DNA of 64,000 nucleotides from a candidate division FCPU426 bacterium (GCA_963738405.1 CAVTWJ010000013.1:1-64000); one strand, 5' to 3'. Shown: positions 10,095-19,522, counted from the first letter of the stretch. Notes: generated by a model from the sequence alone, not told the origin. Numbers and translations: made by a program.

Positions 10095-11228
10095 CTATGG
10101 TTCTGTTAAAATTTTAATAACCCCTCTCGTCAAAGTGTGATCCGGGCCTAATTCGTCCTTTAATATCCCCAAAGCCTGTTGAAGATCCGACAGGGCTTCA
10201 TCTTTTTCCCCCAAAGCCGCCTCGTTCTCACCTATTTCCGCCTGACAAATCGCCGTAAGAGGATCATCCTTCCCCCACATCTCGACCAAGGTTTTCAGAA
10301 CCTGTTTCTTAAGCTTCAACGATTCCGCGTGGTCCCCCAAGGCCAGGTAATCATTCGAAGCCTCATCAAATCGATCAACGTTCATATAATCACAGGAGCC
10401 ACTGATATAACGGAGATGAACTTTAAGGGCTTTTTGGTAATACCCCTGGCCTTCATCTTTTTTCCCTAAATCCCTGTAAAAATCCCCCAGCTTTTTATAA
10501 AGATTTCCAACCTCGTAATTGTTTTCCGTCAACCTTGCCTTCTTAAGTTCCAGGGATTTCAATAAATCAGCTTCCGCCAAATCCGGGTGACCGCCCCCTA
10601 ATTCCGCATCGGACAATGCTTCGATAACTTCACTATTAAAAGGACTACCTGAAGGTAATGTCTTGTTGGCCAATGCCATGGCTTTACCAAGGGTTTTTCC
10701 GGCATCTTCGTAATTTTTTAAACGAGTATGGGTTTTTCCTAATTGGAGAAGTTCGCGCAGATAGGAATCATTTACGACAAACCCTTTTTGTCCCTCACGT
10801 AAGGCTAATGCCCGTTTTTCTAAAATTTGAGCTTCTTCATCCCTTTCCAGATCGTCATACAGGACGGCCAAGTTATCGAGGGATTCGGCCACCAGAGGGT
10901 CATCCATCCCCAGGATTTGTTCCCGGATCGTAAGGCCTAATTTGTAATATTTCTCCGCATCCTGGTATTGGCCCAAATACCTTTCCAGCGTGGCGAGGTC
11001 GTTCAATACAGGTACGAGTGAAGGATGAAACTGGCCGTATTTTCCCTGAGCCAAACCCAAGGCCCGCTTTTCTTCCTTTAAAGCAGTGTTTAAATCCCCT
11101 TTATTGAAGGCTTCATTAGCCGATTGCCGAGCCTCGAGAAAACTATCCACATATTGTTGGGAGAATAGGCTTCCGCAAACCATCAGAAACAGAAGGGAAT
11201 AGCCAACTAAAGAAAAGCCTCTTTTCAT
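10095..11228 (-). CDS. Secreted tetratricopeptide repeat protein (kinesin-light-chain-like TPRs)
   Basis: Signal peptide; repeats such as HPSLVPVLNDLATL and DPLVAESLDNLAVLY. Confidence 0.85.
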   Translation of the reverse strand: MKRGFSLVGYSLLFLMVCGSLFSQQYVDSFLEARQSANEAFNKGDLNTALKEEKRALGLAQGKYGQFHPSLVPVLNDLATLERYLGQYQDAEKYYKLGLTIREQILGMDDPLVAESLDNLAVLYDDLERDEEAQILEKRALALREGQKGFVVNDSYLRELLQLGKTHTRLKNYEDAGKTLGKAMALANKTLPSGSPFNSEVIEALSDAELGGGHPDLAEADLLKSLELKKARLTENNYEVGNLYKKLGDFYRDLGKKDEGQGYYQKALKVHLRYISGSCDYMNVDRFDEASNDYLALGDHAESLKLKKQVLKTLVEMWGKDDPLTAICQAEIGENEAALGEKDEALSDLQQALGILKDELGPDHTLTRGVIKILTEP

Positions 11229-11475
11229 TGGTTCAATTCCTTAGGGAGGGGTTGGGGTGTCGGTATGGAAATACCCTCAAGCTTTTGAGGTTCAATACAG
11301 TCGGGCCCTAAGATGACGATATTGGCGTCCCATTCGAATTTATCCAGCCAGGTTTTACCCCCGTCGGTTGAATAGGCCGCCCTTGAAAGATGGGCACCCC
11401 CGTCAAATGACATCTCGGCCGAATTTGCCAAATCCCCTGAATTTCCCACCTCCGACACCAAATAACAATCATCGC
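11225..11475 (-). pseudogene. 3' remnant of a gene cut by IS3
   Basis: Stop overlaps the TPR gene start (ATGA); YSTDGGKTW Asp-box; frame runs into the IS left end. Confidence 0.6.
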
Positions 11476-12742
11476 TGACCTGCCCCCCAAAAACTGGTCC
11501 ATTTGAAAAGTCACACTTTTCTATAATGGGCCCAGCCAAAGGGGGCATTTATGCCAAGGAAGAAACACAGCGCCGAACAGATTATATCCCTGTTGCGCCA
11601 AGCCGATGTCGAGCAGTCTAAGGGTCGTTCTGTAGAAGAAATCTGCCGTGAGCTTCAAATCACCCCGCACACCTATTACCGCTGGAGAAAAGAATACGGC
11701 GGCCTCAAGTTGGACCAGGCCAAACGCCTCAAAGAACTGGAGAAAGAGAATTCCCAGTTAAAGCGCGTGGTGGCTGATCTTTCCCTGGATAACCGCATCC
11801 TGAAAGACCTGGCCCGGGGAAACTCCTAAGCCCGGCGAAACGCCGAAAAGCCGTGAGGGAAGCCTGTGAAAACCACAGGGTTTCCCAAAGGCGAGTCTGT
11901 CGGGCCCTCAACCATTCCAGAAGTACCCAACGCTATGTACCACGAATTAGGCCGGATGAACCGCCCTTAGTGGGACGAACCATTGAGATGGCTTGCCAGT
12001 ATGGGCGATATGGCTATCGGCGTGTTTGGGGGCTCTTGAGGAACGAAGGGTGGCGGGTAAACCACAAACGGGTGGAAAGAATCTGGAGGGAAGCAGGGCT
12101 GAAAGTGCCGAAAAAACAGCCGAAACGAAGGAGGCTGTGGTTCAACGACGGGTCATGTATTCGCCTGAGAGCTGAGCGGCCAAACCATGTTTGGAGTTAC
12201 GACTTCGTGTCGGACGTGACGAGCGACAAAAGGCCGATGAGGTTTTTGACGGTGATCGACGAGTTCACCCACGAAAGCCTGGCTCTGCCGGTTCAAAGAA
12301 AGTTTACGGCGGACGATGTTCAGGCTGTTCTGGCGGATCTGTTTATCGAGCGAGGAGTACCAGAGTACATTCGTTCGGACAACGGCCCGGAGTTCACGGC
12401 CGAGAGGGTGAAGGATTGGCTGCCGAAAGTGGGCGTGAAAACTTTGTTTATTGAACCTGGAAGCCCATGGGAGAATGGCTACAACGAAAGCTTCAATGGG
12501 AAATTCAGGGATGAACTACTGGACGGCGAGATATTCGACACGGTTTGGGAAGCACGCGTGATCGCCGAGAAGTGGAGGAAGGAGTACAATACGAAACGTC
12601 CGCACAGTTCACTGGGGTATCGGCCACCCGCCCCAGAGGCGTACAGCATGGAATCAACCAGTCAATTCAGGCCCATGCCGACGTCAAGAAACTGAGTCTA
12701 TAGTGTGAGATATGGTGTGGCACTAAAACCGGGGGCAGGTCA
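11476..12742 (+). mobile_element. IS3-family insertion sequence (IS407-like), 1267 bp
   Basis: Terminal IRs TGACCTGCCCCC / GGGGGCAGGTCA; orfA plus orfB inside; no flanking target duplication. Confidence 0.95.
11551..12695 (+). CDS. IS3 transposase OrfAB (orfA 11551-11829; -1 programmed frameshift into orfB)
   Basis: OrfA HTH (TYYRWRKEYGG); OrfB WSYDF, RSDNGPEF, ESFNG; slippery G GGA AAC at 11817-11823 followed by hairpin CGGCG-AAA-CGCCG. Confidence 0.92.
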
Positions 12743-12745
12743 CTA

Positions 12746-12835
12746 TCCACTTTTCAAAACATATTCATTTCTTACAGCCCCCTCCATCCCCGGGGGTTTT
12801 TTGTTCCCTAAACCCAAGTTTTGGCCAAGAAATAA
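12746..12835 (+). repeat. ~90-bp direct repeat, copy 1 (contains a terminator-like hairpin)
   Basis: Aligns without gaps to 13746-13835, e.g. GGGGGTTTTTTGTTCCCTAAACCCAAGTTTTGGCCAA. Confidence 0.9.
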
Positions 12836-12990
12836 TAAAGCCACAATATTTCGAATGAGATTGCGGGATTTTGTTTAACATGTTTGGGGCAGGTAACCAT
12901 TCCTATCATTTGGACTTCAAGTAAGAAATCAGCTCAATACGGTGTCGCGGAAGCGAAAAAACTGAGGTGGGGAAAAAGCGAGGGATAACC

Positions 12991-13473
12991 TTGGAAAAAC
13001 TTAAACTTTATTTGGATACCACTGTTTGGAATTTTCCGTTTGTGGATGATTCACCCGAGCATCGGGAAGAGACCTTAGAATTCTTCCAAAAAACTCGTCT
13101 GGGGTTATTCGATTTGTTCTATTCGGACGCGGTGGAACGAGAAGTTATCGCAGCACCCCCTTTAAGGCGGCGACAGGTCGAAAAACTATTGGAACAATTT
13201 GCGCCTAAAAGACTTGCGTTTCGTACTGAAGTCGACGAATTGGCGAATGAGTATTTACGACGGTCGGTTTTGCCCAAAGGAAGCTACTTTGATGCCCTAC
13301 ATGTTGCTTATTCCACAGTTTATAAAATGGATGCGCTTGTAAGCTGGAATTTCCGGCATTTGGCCAATGTTAACCGACGAAGACGGGTTATGTCCCTGAA
13401 TCGGGAAAAGGGCTATAATTTCCCTATTGAGTTGGTGACGCCATTGGAGGTGTTGGGCGATGAGAGGGATTAA
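12991..13473 (+). CDS. PIN domain (VapC-like) ribonuclease toxin
   Basis: LYLDTTV, DALHVAYS and LVSWNFRHLAN motifs; TTG start after GAGGGA. Confidence 0.85.
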   Translation: MEKLKLYLDTTVWNFPFVDDSPEHREETLEFFQKTRLGLFDLFYSDAVEREVIAAPPLRRRQVEKLLEQFAPKRLAFRTEVDELANEYLRRSVLPKGSYFDALHVAYSTVYKMDALVSWNFRHLANVNRRRRVMSLNREKGYNFPIELVTPLEVLGDERD

Positions 13474-13645
13474 ATACAAAGAAACTAAAAGTTTACTGGA
13501 AATAAGGGCGATAAAACGCAAGCTGTCTAGGGAGATTGAGAGAATAGGCTTGATTGAATTTCATAAACGCTCTGAGGTGATGGGAAAAGACTTGCGTGAT
13601 CGGATTGAAAAAGCTCGCCAAGAGAAGTTGGCCGGGAAGAGATAG
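13460..13645 (+). CDS. Small helical protein, putative antitoxin
   Basis: Overlaps the PIN gene end; 61 aa, charged. Confidence 0.6.
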   Translation: MRGIKYKETKSLLEIRAIKRKLSREIERIGLIEFHKRSEVMGKDLRDRIEKARQEKLAGKR

Positions 13646-13745
13646 ACCACCTATAGGATTAGCTGCTACAACGGCAGCTCTAATTGCGGGAGTTGCTCTG
13701 GTTTTGTTAGCCGGTTTCGCTTTAGAAAAAAAGGGGTCAACACAT

Positions 13746-13835
13746 TCCACTTTCCGAAACATTTTCATTTCTTATAGCCCCGGCATTCCCGGGGGGTTTT
13801 TTGTTCCCTAAACCCAAGTTTTGGCCAATAAATAA
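13746..13835 (+). repeat. ~90-bp direct repeat, copy 2
   Basis: See copy 1; hairpin CCCCGG-CATTC-CCGGGG followed by a T tract. Confidence 0.9.
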
Positions 13836-13991
13836 CGAATAAATGCCTTGGGGGTATTCGTATTTTGGGGGTGGATGTGTATTGTCTATATAGAAGGCGG
13901 TACAACCGAAGCCGCAGGGGAGGATTCGCGCTGGCTGGGCCTTCGACTTTTAACCCCATTGACGGGTAACCGGACCATCAAGGAGAAACAA

Positions 13992-14609
13992 ATGCCGACT
14001 ATCACCAAAACCAGCACGATGCAGGAAGTTCTAGATGCCTATCCCAGCGCACAAAGGGCGCTTTTTCAAAAGTACCACATTGGCGGATGCCACAGCTGTG
14101 GATACGAACCCACGGATGTTCTGGAAGAAGTGGCCCGGAAGCACAACATTACAGACATGAATGAAGTGCTGGGTTTCATCGAGGAGGCCGAGCGGATCGA
14201 CCAGCGCATTCAGGTAAGCCCCCAGAAGGTCTCGGAAGCCCTTAAAAGCGATAAGGCCCTCCGGTTGATCGATGTGCGTTCCCCGCAAGAATGGGAGATG
14301 GCCCATATTGAAGGCGCGGTATTGATGACCGAAGAATTGGCCCGTGAAATCATGTCTTGGCCCAAAGACACGCACATGGTTTTCCATTGCCACTCCGGGA
14401 AGAGAAGCATGGACGCGGCGGCTTACTTTTCCGGCCACGGTTACACCCAAGCCCAATCCATGACCGGCGGCATTGACGCCTGGTCACAGGTTGTGGATCA
14501 GACGGTTCCGCGCTACGAAATTGCCCGGGACCCGAGCAGCGGAAGAGCCAAGCTTCAACCGCTTCGTTTGGTGGTATCGCAGGCCGAAGGGTGCATGAAT
14601 CCCTCATAA
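13992..14609 (+). CDS. Rhodanese domain protein with N-terminal DUF1858-like CxxC domain
   Basis: RBS AAGGAG; HIGGCHSC; LIDVR..EWEMAHIEGA, active-site CHSGKRS and GGIDAWS. Confidence 0.85.
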   Translation: MPTITKTSTMQEVLDAYPSAQRALFQKYHIGGCHSCGYEPTDVLEEVARKHNITDMNEVLGFIEEAERIDQRIQVSPQKVSEALKSDKALRLIDVRSPQEWEMAHIEGAVLMTEELAREIMSWPKDTHMVFHCHSGKRSMDAAAYFSGHGYTQAQSMTGGIDAWSQVVDQTVPRYEIARDPSSGRAKLQPLRLVVSQAEGCMNPS

Positions 14610-14651
14610 AGGGCTTTCATCAAAAAGACATCTCGTTTTTAAAAGAAGTTT

Positions 14652-14687
14652 AGGCCTTCGCCACATCGGCGAAGGCCTTTTCTTTTT
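14652..14687 (+). terminator. Intrinsic terminator
   Basis: AGGCCTTCGCC-ACATC-GGCGAAGGCCT followed by TTTCTTTTT. Confidence 0.8.
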
Positions 14688-14782
14688 CCCGCCGCCTCTC
14701 CTTCTGCATTTTCCAATCCTTTAGCCCGTTCATTCCCCCTTGTCCGTTATGGATGTTGCTGTTAAATTCAGCTCGGGTTCAA

Positions 14783-14859
14783 GTGCCCATAGCTCAATTG
14801 GATAGAGCTTCTGACTTCGGATCAGAAGGTTGCAGGTTCAAGTCCTGCTGGGCACACCA
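14783..14859 (+). tRNA. tRNA-Arg (anticodon TCG)
   Basis: Acceptor stem GTGCCCA/TGGGCAC, D arm AGCTCAATTGGATAGAGC, anticodon arm TCTGA-CTTCGGA-TCAGA, GGTTCAAGTCC, encoded CCA. Confidence 0.95.
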
Positions 14860-15292
14860 ATTTTGACCGAAGGTCAAAATAATTAAATACCATTCAAAAG
14901 GTGTGAGTAGTGCCGGGTGAATTTTCCGGCCTGGGCACACCATTCTTTCTATGCGAATTAGTGGCAAACTTGGTTTGCCACGTTTATTTATCGTGAATGG
15001 CGTCGTACCGACATCAATGAAATTTTAAATTGATTGTCGGCACACACCATCTATCTTTTAAAGGTCGACACACACCAGTTTTAAATTTCTGTCCCCAGCA
15101 CATTTTGAAAGGCCTTTGTCTGTAAGGGTTTCACGACCCGAAAGGGCAAGGGCCTTTTTTGTGGGTGATGGTTAGCGATGGTAAAGCATGGTTAGGAGCG
15201 CTTAAAAACGACTCTGAATGACACGTATAAGACACGGAGGATCAATAGACTTTTCGGTTTTGCGTCTTTATGAAACGGGAAGGAAAGGTATA

Positions 15293-15505
15293 ATGGCTTT
15301 CATGAACAGGAAAAACGTCTTAACACTCATCAAGAAAATCGAAGCCCTACCGGCTGAGAAAATAAACGAAGTCGAGGACTTCGTAGAATTCTTGGGCCAT
15401 AAGGGGACAGACAGACAACTCACCAGGGCAGCGTCCAAACTCTCTGAAAAATCGTTCGCTAAGGTCTGGGATAACCCCGAAGATGCCATCTACGACAAGC
15501 TTTGA
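15293..15505 (+). CDS. DUF2281-like antitoxin
   Basis: LPAEKINEVEDFVEFL and SFAKVWDNPEDAIYD motifs; overlaps the toxin start. Confidence 0.8.
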   Translation: MAFMNRKNVLTLIKKIEALPAEKINEVEDFVEFLGHKGTDRQLTRAASKLSEKSFAKVWDNPEDAIYDKL

Positions 15506-15833
15506 TTTTGGGGATGTTCTCCTAGTCCCTTTTCCTTTTTCCAACCAAACCGCTGTGAAGAAACGCCCTGCCGTTGTCGTCAGTTCAAGCGCCTATAACA
15601 GCTCCCGCCCTGATCTGATCATCCTGGCCTTAACAAGTCAACCAGCCGCCTCCGACGCATTTGGGGGAACAAGTCTTTCCAACTGGAAAGGTGCAGGCCT
15701 TTTGAAACCCTCGGTATTCAAACCCATATTGGCCACCATTGAGAAAACTTTGGTCCTACAGAAAATGGGCCGCCTACACGCCAGCGACCAGAAAACATTA
15801 CAACAGGTCCTAAAAAAGATTATTCAAGTTTAG
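15483..15833 (+). CDS. PemK/MazF family toxin
   Basis: GDVLLVPFPFS...KKRPAVVVS and GLLKPS motifs. Confidence 0.9.
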   Translation: MPSTTSFDFGDVLLVPFPFSNQTAVKKRPAVVVSSSAYNSSRPDLIILALTSQPAASDAFGGTSLSNWKGAGLLKPSVFKPILATIEKTLVLQKMGRLHASDQKTLQQVLKKIIQV

Positions 15834-15968
15834 TGATTCATTTAAATGAAGATTCGCTGGACGATTTTTCCAGTGAGGGTCCGCCTTCTTATATACTGCC
15901 TCTGTCTAATCTGTCCACGCCCGGTTGGAAAGCTTTATAAAATCGTTATTTTGAACTAGGGAATTTCT

Positions 15969-17174
15969 ATGCGTTACTTATCTATGTGGATTTTGATAGG
16001 TCTATTCTTTTGTGCCATCTCATCTTTTGGCGCGGTAACCAGCCAGGAATACCTCGACGCGGGGAAGTCCCTTTACCATAAGAACCAGTTCGACCAGGCG
16101 GCGAAGTACCTAAAGGCCGCCGTTCAAACCGACCCCCAAAACTGGGATGCCTATGTGGCCCTGGGGAACTGTCTCTTCAAGCAAAATCAGCTTTCGGATG
16201 CCCTGGACGCTTTTGACAAGAGTCTGGCCCTCCATCCCGATAACCCCGGCGTGAAAACCTTCTCGGATGCCTTGAGGAAAAAAGTGTCCGCGGCATCTTC
16301 CTCCGCCCCTCCCCCTCTTCCGCACATGAGCGCTGGCGGTTCTTCAACTGCCGCCAACACGGGCGGGTTTACCCCTCCACCTCTTCCTCCGCTAGGAACG
16401 ACAGCCTCGCCCGCAAAACCGGAGGACAACTTCTCCGCCTCGATGGAAACTGCCGATGGAAAACTTCACTATTACGGGCTCAATCCGAAGGACCATCCTT
16501 TGCTCGAGGAATATTACGCGGGAAAGGACCTTGAAGACCGCAGCCGGTCGGCGCTCAAACTTGAAGACCAAACCAAGCTGAACGCGGATGAGAAATCGGT
16601 AGAACTTTGGGACGGCCCCAAGAGCCAGTTCTACGACCCGCATTTTTCCTTGTTGTTTGGGGTTATCACCCCGACGGGTATTGACCTTGATTTGGGTTAT
16701 TTCATCAGCCCCGATACGAACGTTGGGGCTTCCCTTTGCTATATTCCACTTAGCACTTCCGATTACACTTATACCTACAACAGCCAAACAGGTTATGACA
16801 CCTATACCCCGACGAATTATTCTGGAAACCTTATTTACATCGAGCCGCGGATCAAGTTTTACTCAGCGCCCAGCGGCCTCAACTCCTATCACGGGTTCAG
16901 CGTCATTTATTACGGAGTACACCAGGGAGCTGTCGACGACACCAATTTCGATATATTTGGATTGGGATATCTATTTGGTTTTAGAACTTTGCCCATGGAT
17001 GGCATGACGATGGAACTGGGATGGAAGGTTGGAGTGGCGGTCATTTTCATCGCGGAGAATGACTATACCGAAATCTATAGTAATGGGCATTACAGCGAAA
17101 CCTACACGCCCACCACCACAGTCGTGCCTTTCCCCTACATCATTCCCGAGTTTAAGTTCGGATTTACTTTTTAA
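15969..17174 (+). CDS. TPR plus outer-membrane beta-barrel-like protein
   Basis: Signal peptide, 2-3 TPRs, PPPLP linkers, amphipathic strands, C-terminal FKFGFTF beta-signal. Confidence 0.7.
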   Translation: MRYLSMWILIGLFFCAISSFGAVTSQEYLDAGKSLYHKNQFDQAAKYLKAAVQTDPQNWDAYVALGNCLFKQNQLSDALDAFDKSLALHPDNPGVKTFSDALRKKVSAASSSAPPPLPHMSAGGSSTAANTGGFTPPPLPPLGTTASPAKPEDNFSASMETADGKLHYYGLNPKDHPLLEEYYAGKDLEDRSRSALKLEDQTKLNADEKSVELWDGPKSQFYDPHFSLLFGVITPTGIDLDLGYFISPDTNVGASLCYIPLSTSDYTYTYNSQTGYDTYTPTNYSGNLIYIEPRIKFYSAPSGLNSYHGFSVIYYGVHQGAVDDTNFDIFGLGYLFGFRTLPMDGMTMELGWKVGVAVIFIAENDYTEIYSNGHYSETYTPTTTVVPFPYIIPEFKFGFTF

Positions 17175-17319
17175 TTCCAGATAACTTGACCTATTCACAA
17201 AGATTTAACTCCTGACGTATGGGCGTGGTTCCATAATCTGCTGGGCTTTCACAAAAAAGAAGGTAAGCTTGAGGCGTCTTTAAAAAAATTTTACAACTTT
17301 TGTAAGCGGGGGAGCGGCC

Positions 17320-18060
17320 TTGTTCTGGAAGATCAAAGACCTAAGTGAATATGAGCGGGCTAAGCTGGAAGAGATTAGCCGGGGGCGGAACCTGGGAAAG
17401 GGCCCCCTTTTCTTTAAATCGAAGCACAATCCCCGCGCCATTGTTTTTGGGCTAGTGATCGGCATCGTTATTCTTGGGATCATGACCTTCGCGGCCCTAT
17501 CCATTCCCACATCGGGATCGGACCCCAAACCCAACTGGATTTTATGGGGTTGCGTTGGTTTCCTGCCCGTCTTGTGGACTCTAATGTTGGCAATAGAATT
17601 GATTCGTGGCGCCATCAACCCCCTCAAGCCTTTTATCCTGGTGACCCCCAAGGCCATTTTCAAGGCGGATTACGGTTACGGCGAGCTGGAAGGCTATCTG
17701 CTCCGTGACGCCAAAAATTACACCAGTGCTGACACCTATGCCAATCGATCTCAAAAATTTACGGGCCGGCTTTATCGCTTTTACTTTCCGGAAAGACAAT
17801 TTGCCGTGAAGGTCACCGATAACGCGCATATTCAAGATATGGAAAAGGTTTTGGCCCAAGCCAGGGCCGGAGGAGCGCAGGATCGGGACCCGGGGCCGAT
17901 CACTTTGCCCAGCCTCCCTGGTCGTCCTGGCCCTGGAATTTTGAGGTATGTGACAAACCCCTATGGGGAGTTTTGGTTGATGGTTGCCGGTGTTCTCGTA
18001 ATCGGCGCGATTTTGGCCTTTGTGGGTTCCGATATCGTCGCGAGATTCTCGAATCATTAA
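17320..18060 (+). CDS. Hypothetical membrane protein (about 3 TM segments)
   Basis: Hydrophobic segments; operon-like spacing with the next gene. Confidence 0.65.
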   Translation: MFWKIKDLSEYERAKLEEISRGRNLGKGPLFFKSKHNPRAIVFGLVIGIVILGIMTFAALSIPTSGSDPKPNWILWGCVGFLPVLWTLMLAIELIRGAINPLKPFILVTPKAIFKADYGYGELEGYLLRDAKNYTSADTYANRSQKFTGRLYRFYFPERQFAVKVTDNAHIQDMEKVLAQARAGGAQDRDPGPITLPSLPGRPGPGILRYVTNPYGEFWLMVAGVLVIGAILAFVGSDIVARFSNH

Positions 18061-18097
18061 CGCGGGTTTTAAAAAACAATAAGGAAGGAACTAACTC

Positions 18098-18724
18098 ATG
18101 AAATACGTGTGGCAATGGCCGTCGGCCAAACTGAAGGGGGACAGCCAGGTGATCCCAAGAGTCTGCCCGAACTGCATGAAACCCTCGGAATTGGTTTTCC
18201 GCTACGGATATACCGGGCCTTTCTATATCCTCAGCCGGACGACCTATTACCAGACGTTCTACTATTGCAAGCCTTGCGGCGAATCCATGCAGAAAAAGTG
18301 GAAAAATAACAAATGGACCTTTTGGGTCAAATTGCTCTTGAGCTTCCTCGCTTTTTTCGCTCCCGTGGGGTTGATGGTCAGCCTTCCCAAGCCGACCGGG
18401 TTTTTGGGCGACATCATGCCGGGAATATACACCGGGGCTTGCCTCGTGTTTCCCTTTTTGGTTTTCTTCGGGCTGGGGTGGCTGTTCGACGGCATGTATG
18501 ACAAAAAGAACCCCATGCGGCCGGACCAAGTGACCACCGGGCCTTCGGCCTATTACGCCGGCAAGGCGATTCTGGGGATGTTTGGCCCCAACATTTACAG
18601 CGCCGTGCGGCCCGAATGGCTCAAAGAGCTGGTCAAGCTCAATCCGTCCCAGGTGGATGACGCGACCCACAAGAACTTCACGGGTCAGGATAAACCGGCG
18701 GCTACGGGAAAACCCTTCGCCTGA
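18098..18724 (+). CDS. Hypothetical membrane protein with CxxC...CxxC zinc ribbon
   Basis: RBS AAGGAAGG; CPNC and CKPC; two TM helices. Confidence 0.7.
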   Translation: MKYVWQWPSAKLKGDSQVIPRVCPNCMKPSELVFRYGYTGPFYILSRTTYYQTFYYCKPCGESMQKKWKNNKWTFWVKLLLSFLAFFAPVGLMVSLPKPTGFLGDIMPGIYTGACLVFPFLVFFGLGWLFDGMYDKKNPMRPDQVTTGPSAYYAGKAILGMFGPNIYSAVRPEWLKELVKLNPSQVDDATHKNFTGQDKPAATGKPFA

Positions 18725-18736
18725 GGGCCGCCAGGG

Positions 18737-19522
18737 TTAAATCCGCAAAAGTTCCGCGACTTCCTCCAGGATTTTCTCGGGACTGGCCGGTTTGGCGAGA
18801 ATCTTGATCTTTGGCAGTTCAGAAACCAATGCTTTCAATTCCGCCGTGACTTTTGATGAATAGATCAGAATGGGTTTTTTGCAAAGGATGGGGTTGTTTT
18901 TGAGGTGCTGAAGAAAGGTGTGGCCGTCCATCCCCGGCATCTCCAGGTCGGTGATGATCATATCCACCTTTTTTCGGGTCATTTCGGTAAGGGCCTGTTT
19001 GCCGTCACCCGCCTCCCGGATGGTCGAACCCGGGTATCCCTTTTCCAGCGCGCGATAAAGGATGCCCCGCAGGGTCGGAGAGTCCTCAATAATCAGGAAT
19101 TGCTGGGATTCTTTCTTTTTATCCCCGCCCAAACCTGATTCTTCCAGCCTGGCCGCCTCCTCGAGTAAAAGAAGAAATTTGGATACTTGATCCATCACTT
19201 CTTGGCGGTTCCTTTTGGGGATATGAGCCTGCAATTGGTCGAGCGGCAAGACCGCCAATTCCTCCCCCGGGTCGGCGGGCGAGTAAAAAACCACCGGCGT
19301 CCGGCTTTTTTTCAACTTCTTGAAAAATTCCACAGCGTGCTTGCCGCCTGAAAGCGGCCAATCGGTCACCACCAGATGGGGTGCCAGGTCTTCCATCTGA
19401 TGGAGCGCCTCCTCGGCGTCGGAGGCTTGCAGAACTTCAAGGTTCATAAATTCCAACCGGATGGCCGTGCCCTCACGGCTGCGATCGTCCGAATCCACGA
19501 CCAGTATTCTTTTGTTTTTCAC
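18737..19522 (-). CDS. Tandem receiver-domain response regulator
   Basis: Two REC domains (ILVVDSD...VTDWP; LIIEDS...ITDLEMPGMDG...AKP); GTG start after GGAGG. Confidence 0.85.
   Translation of the reverse strand: MKNKRILVVDSDDRSREGTAIRLEFMNLEVLQASDAEEALHQMEDLAPHLVVTDWPLSGGKHAVEFFKKLKKSRTPVVFYSPADPGEELAVLPLDQLQAHIPKRNRQEVMDQVSKFLLLLEEAARLEESGLGGDKKKESQQFLIIEDSPTLRGILYRALEKGYPGSTIREAGDGKQALTEMTRKKVDMIITDLEMPGMDGHTFLQHLKNNPILCKKPILIYSSKVTAELKALVSELPKIKILAKPASPEKILEEVAELLRI

Noticed and set aside
12746..15833. Integron cassette array of TA modules
   Set aside because: No IntI and no convincing attC RYYYAAC/GTTRRRY boxes; the repeats are direct and terminator-like
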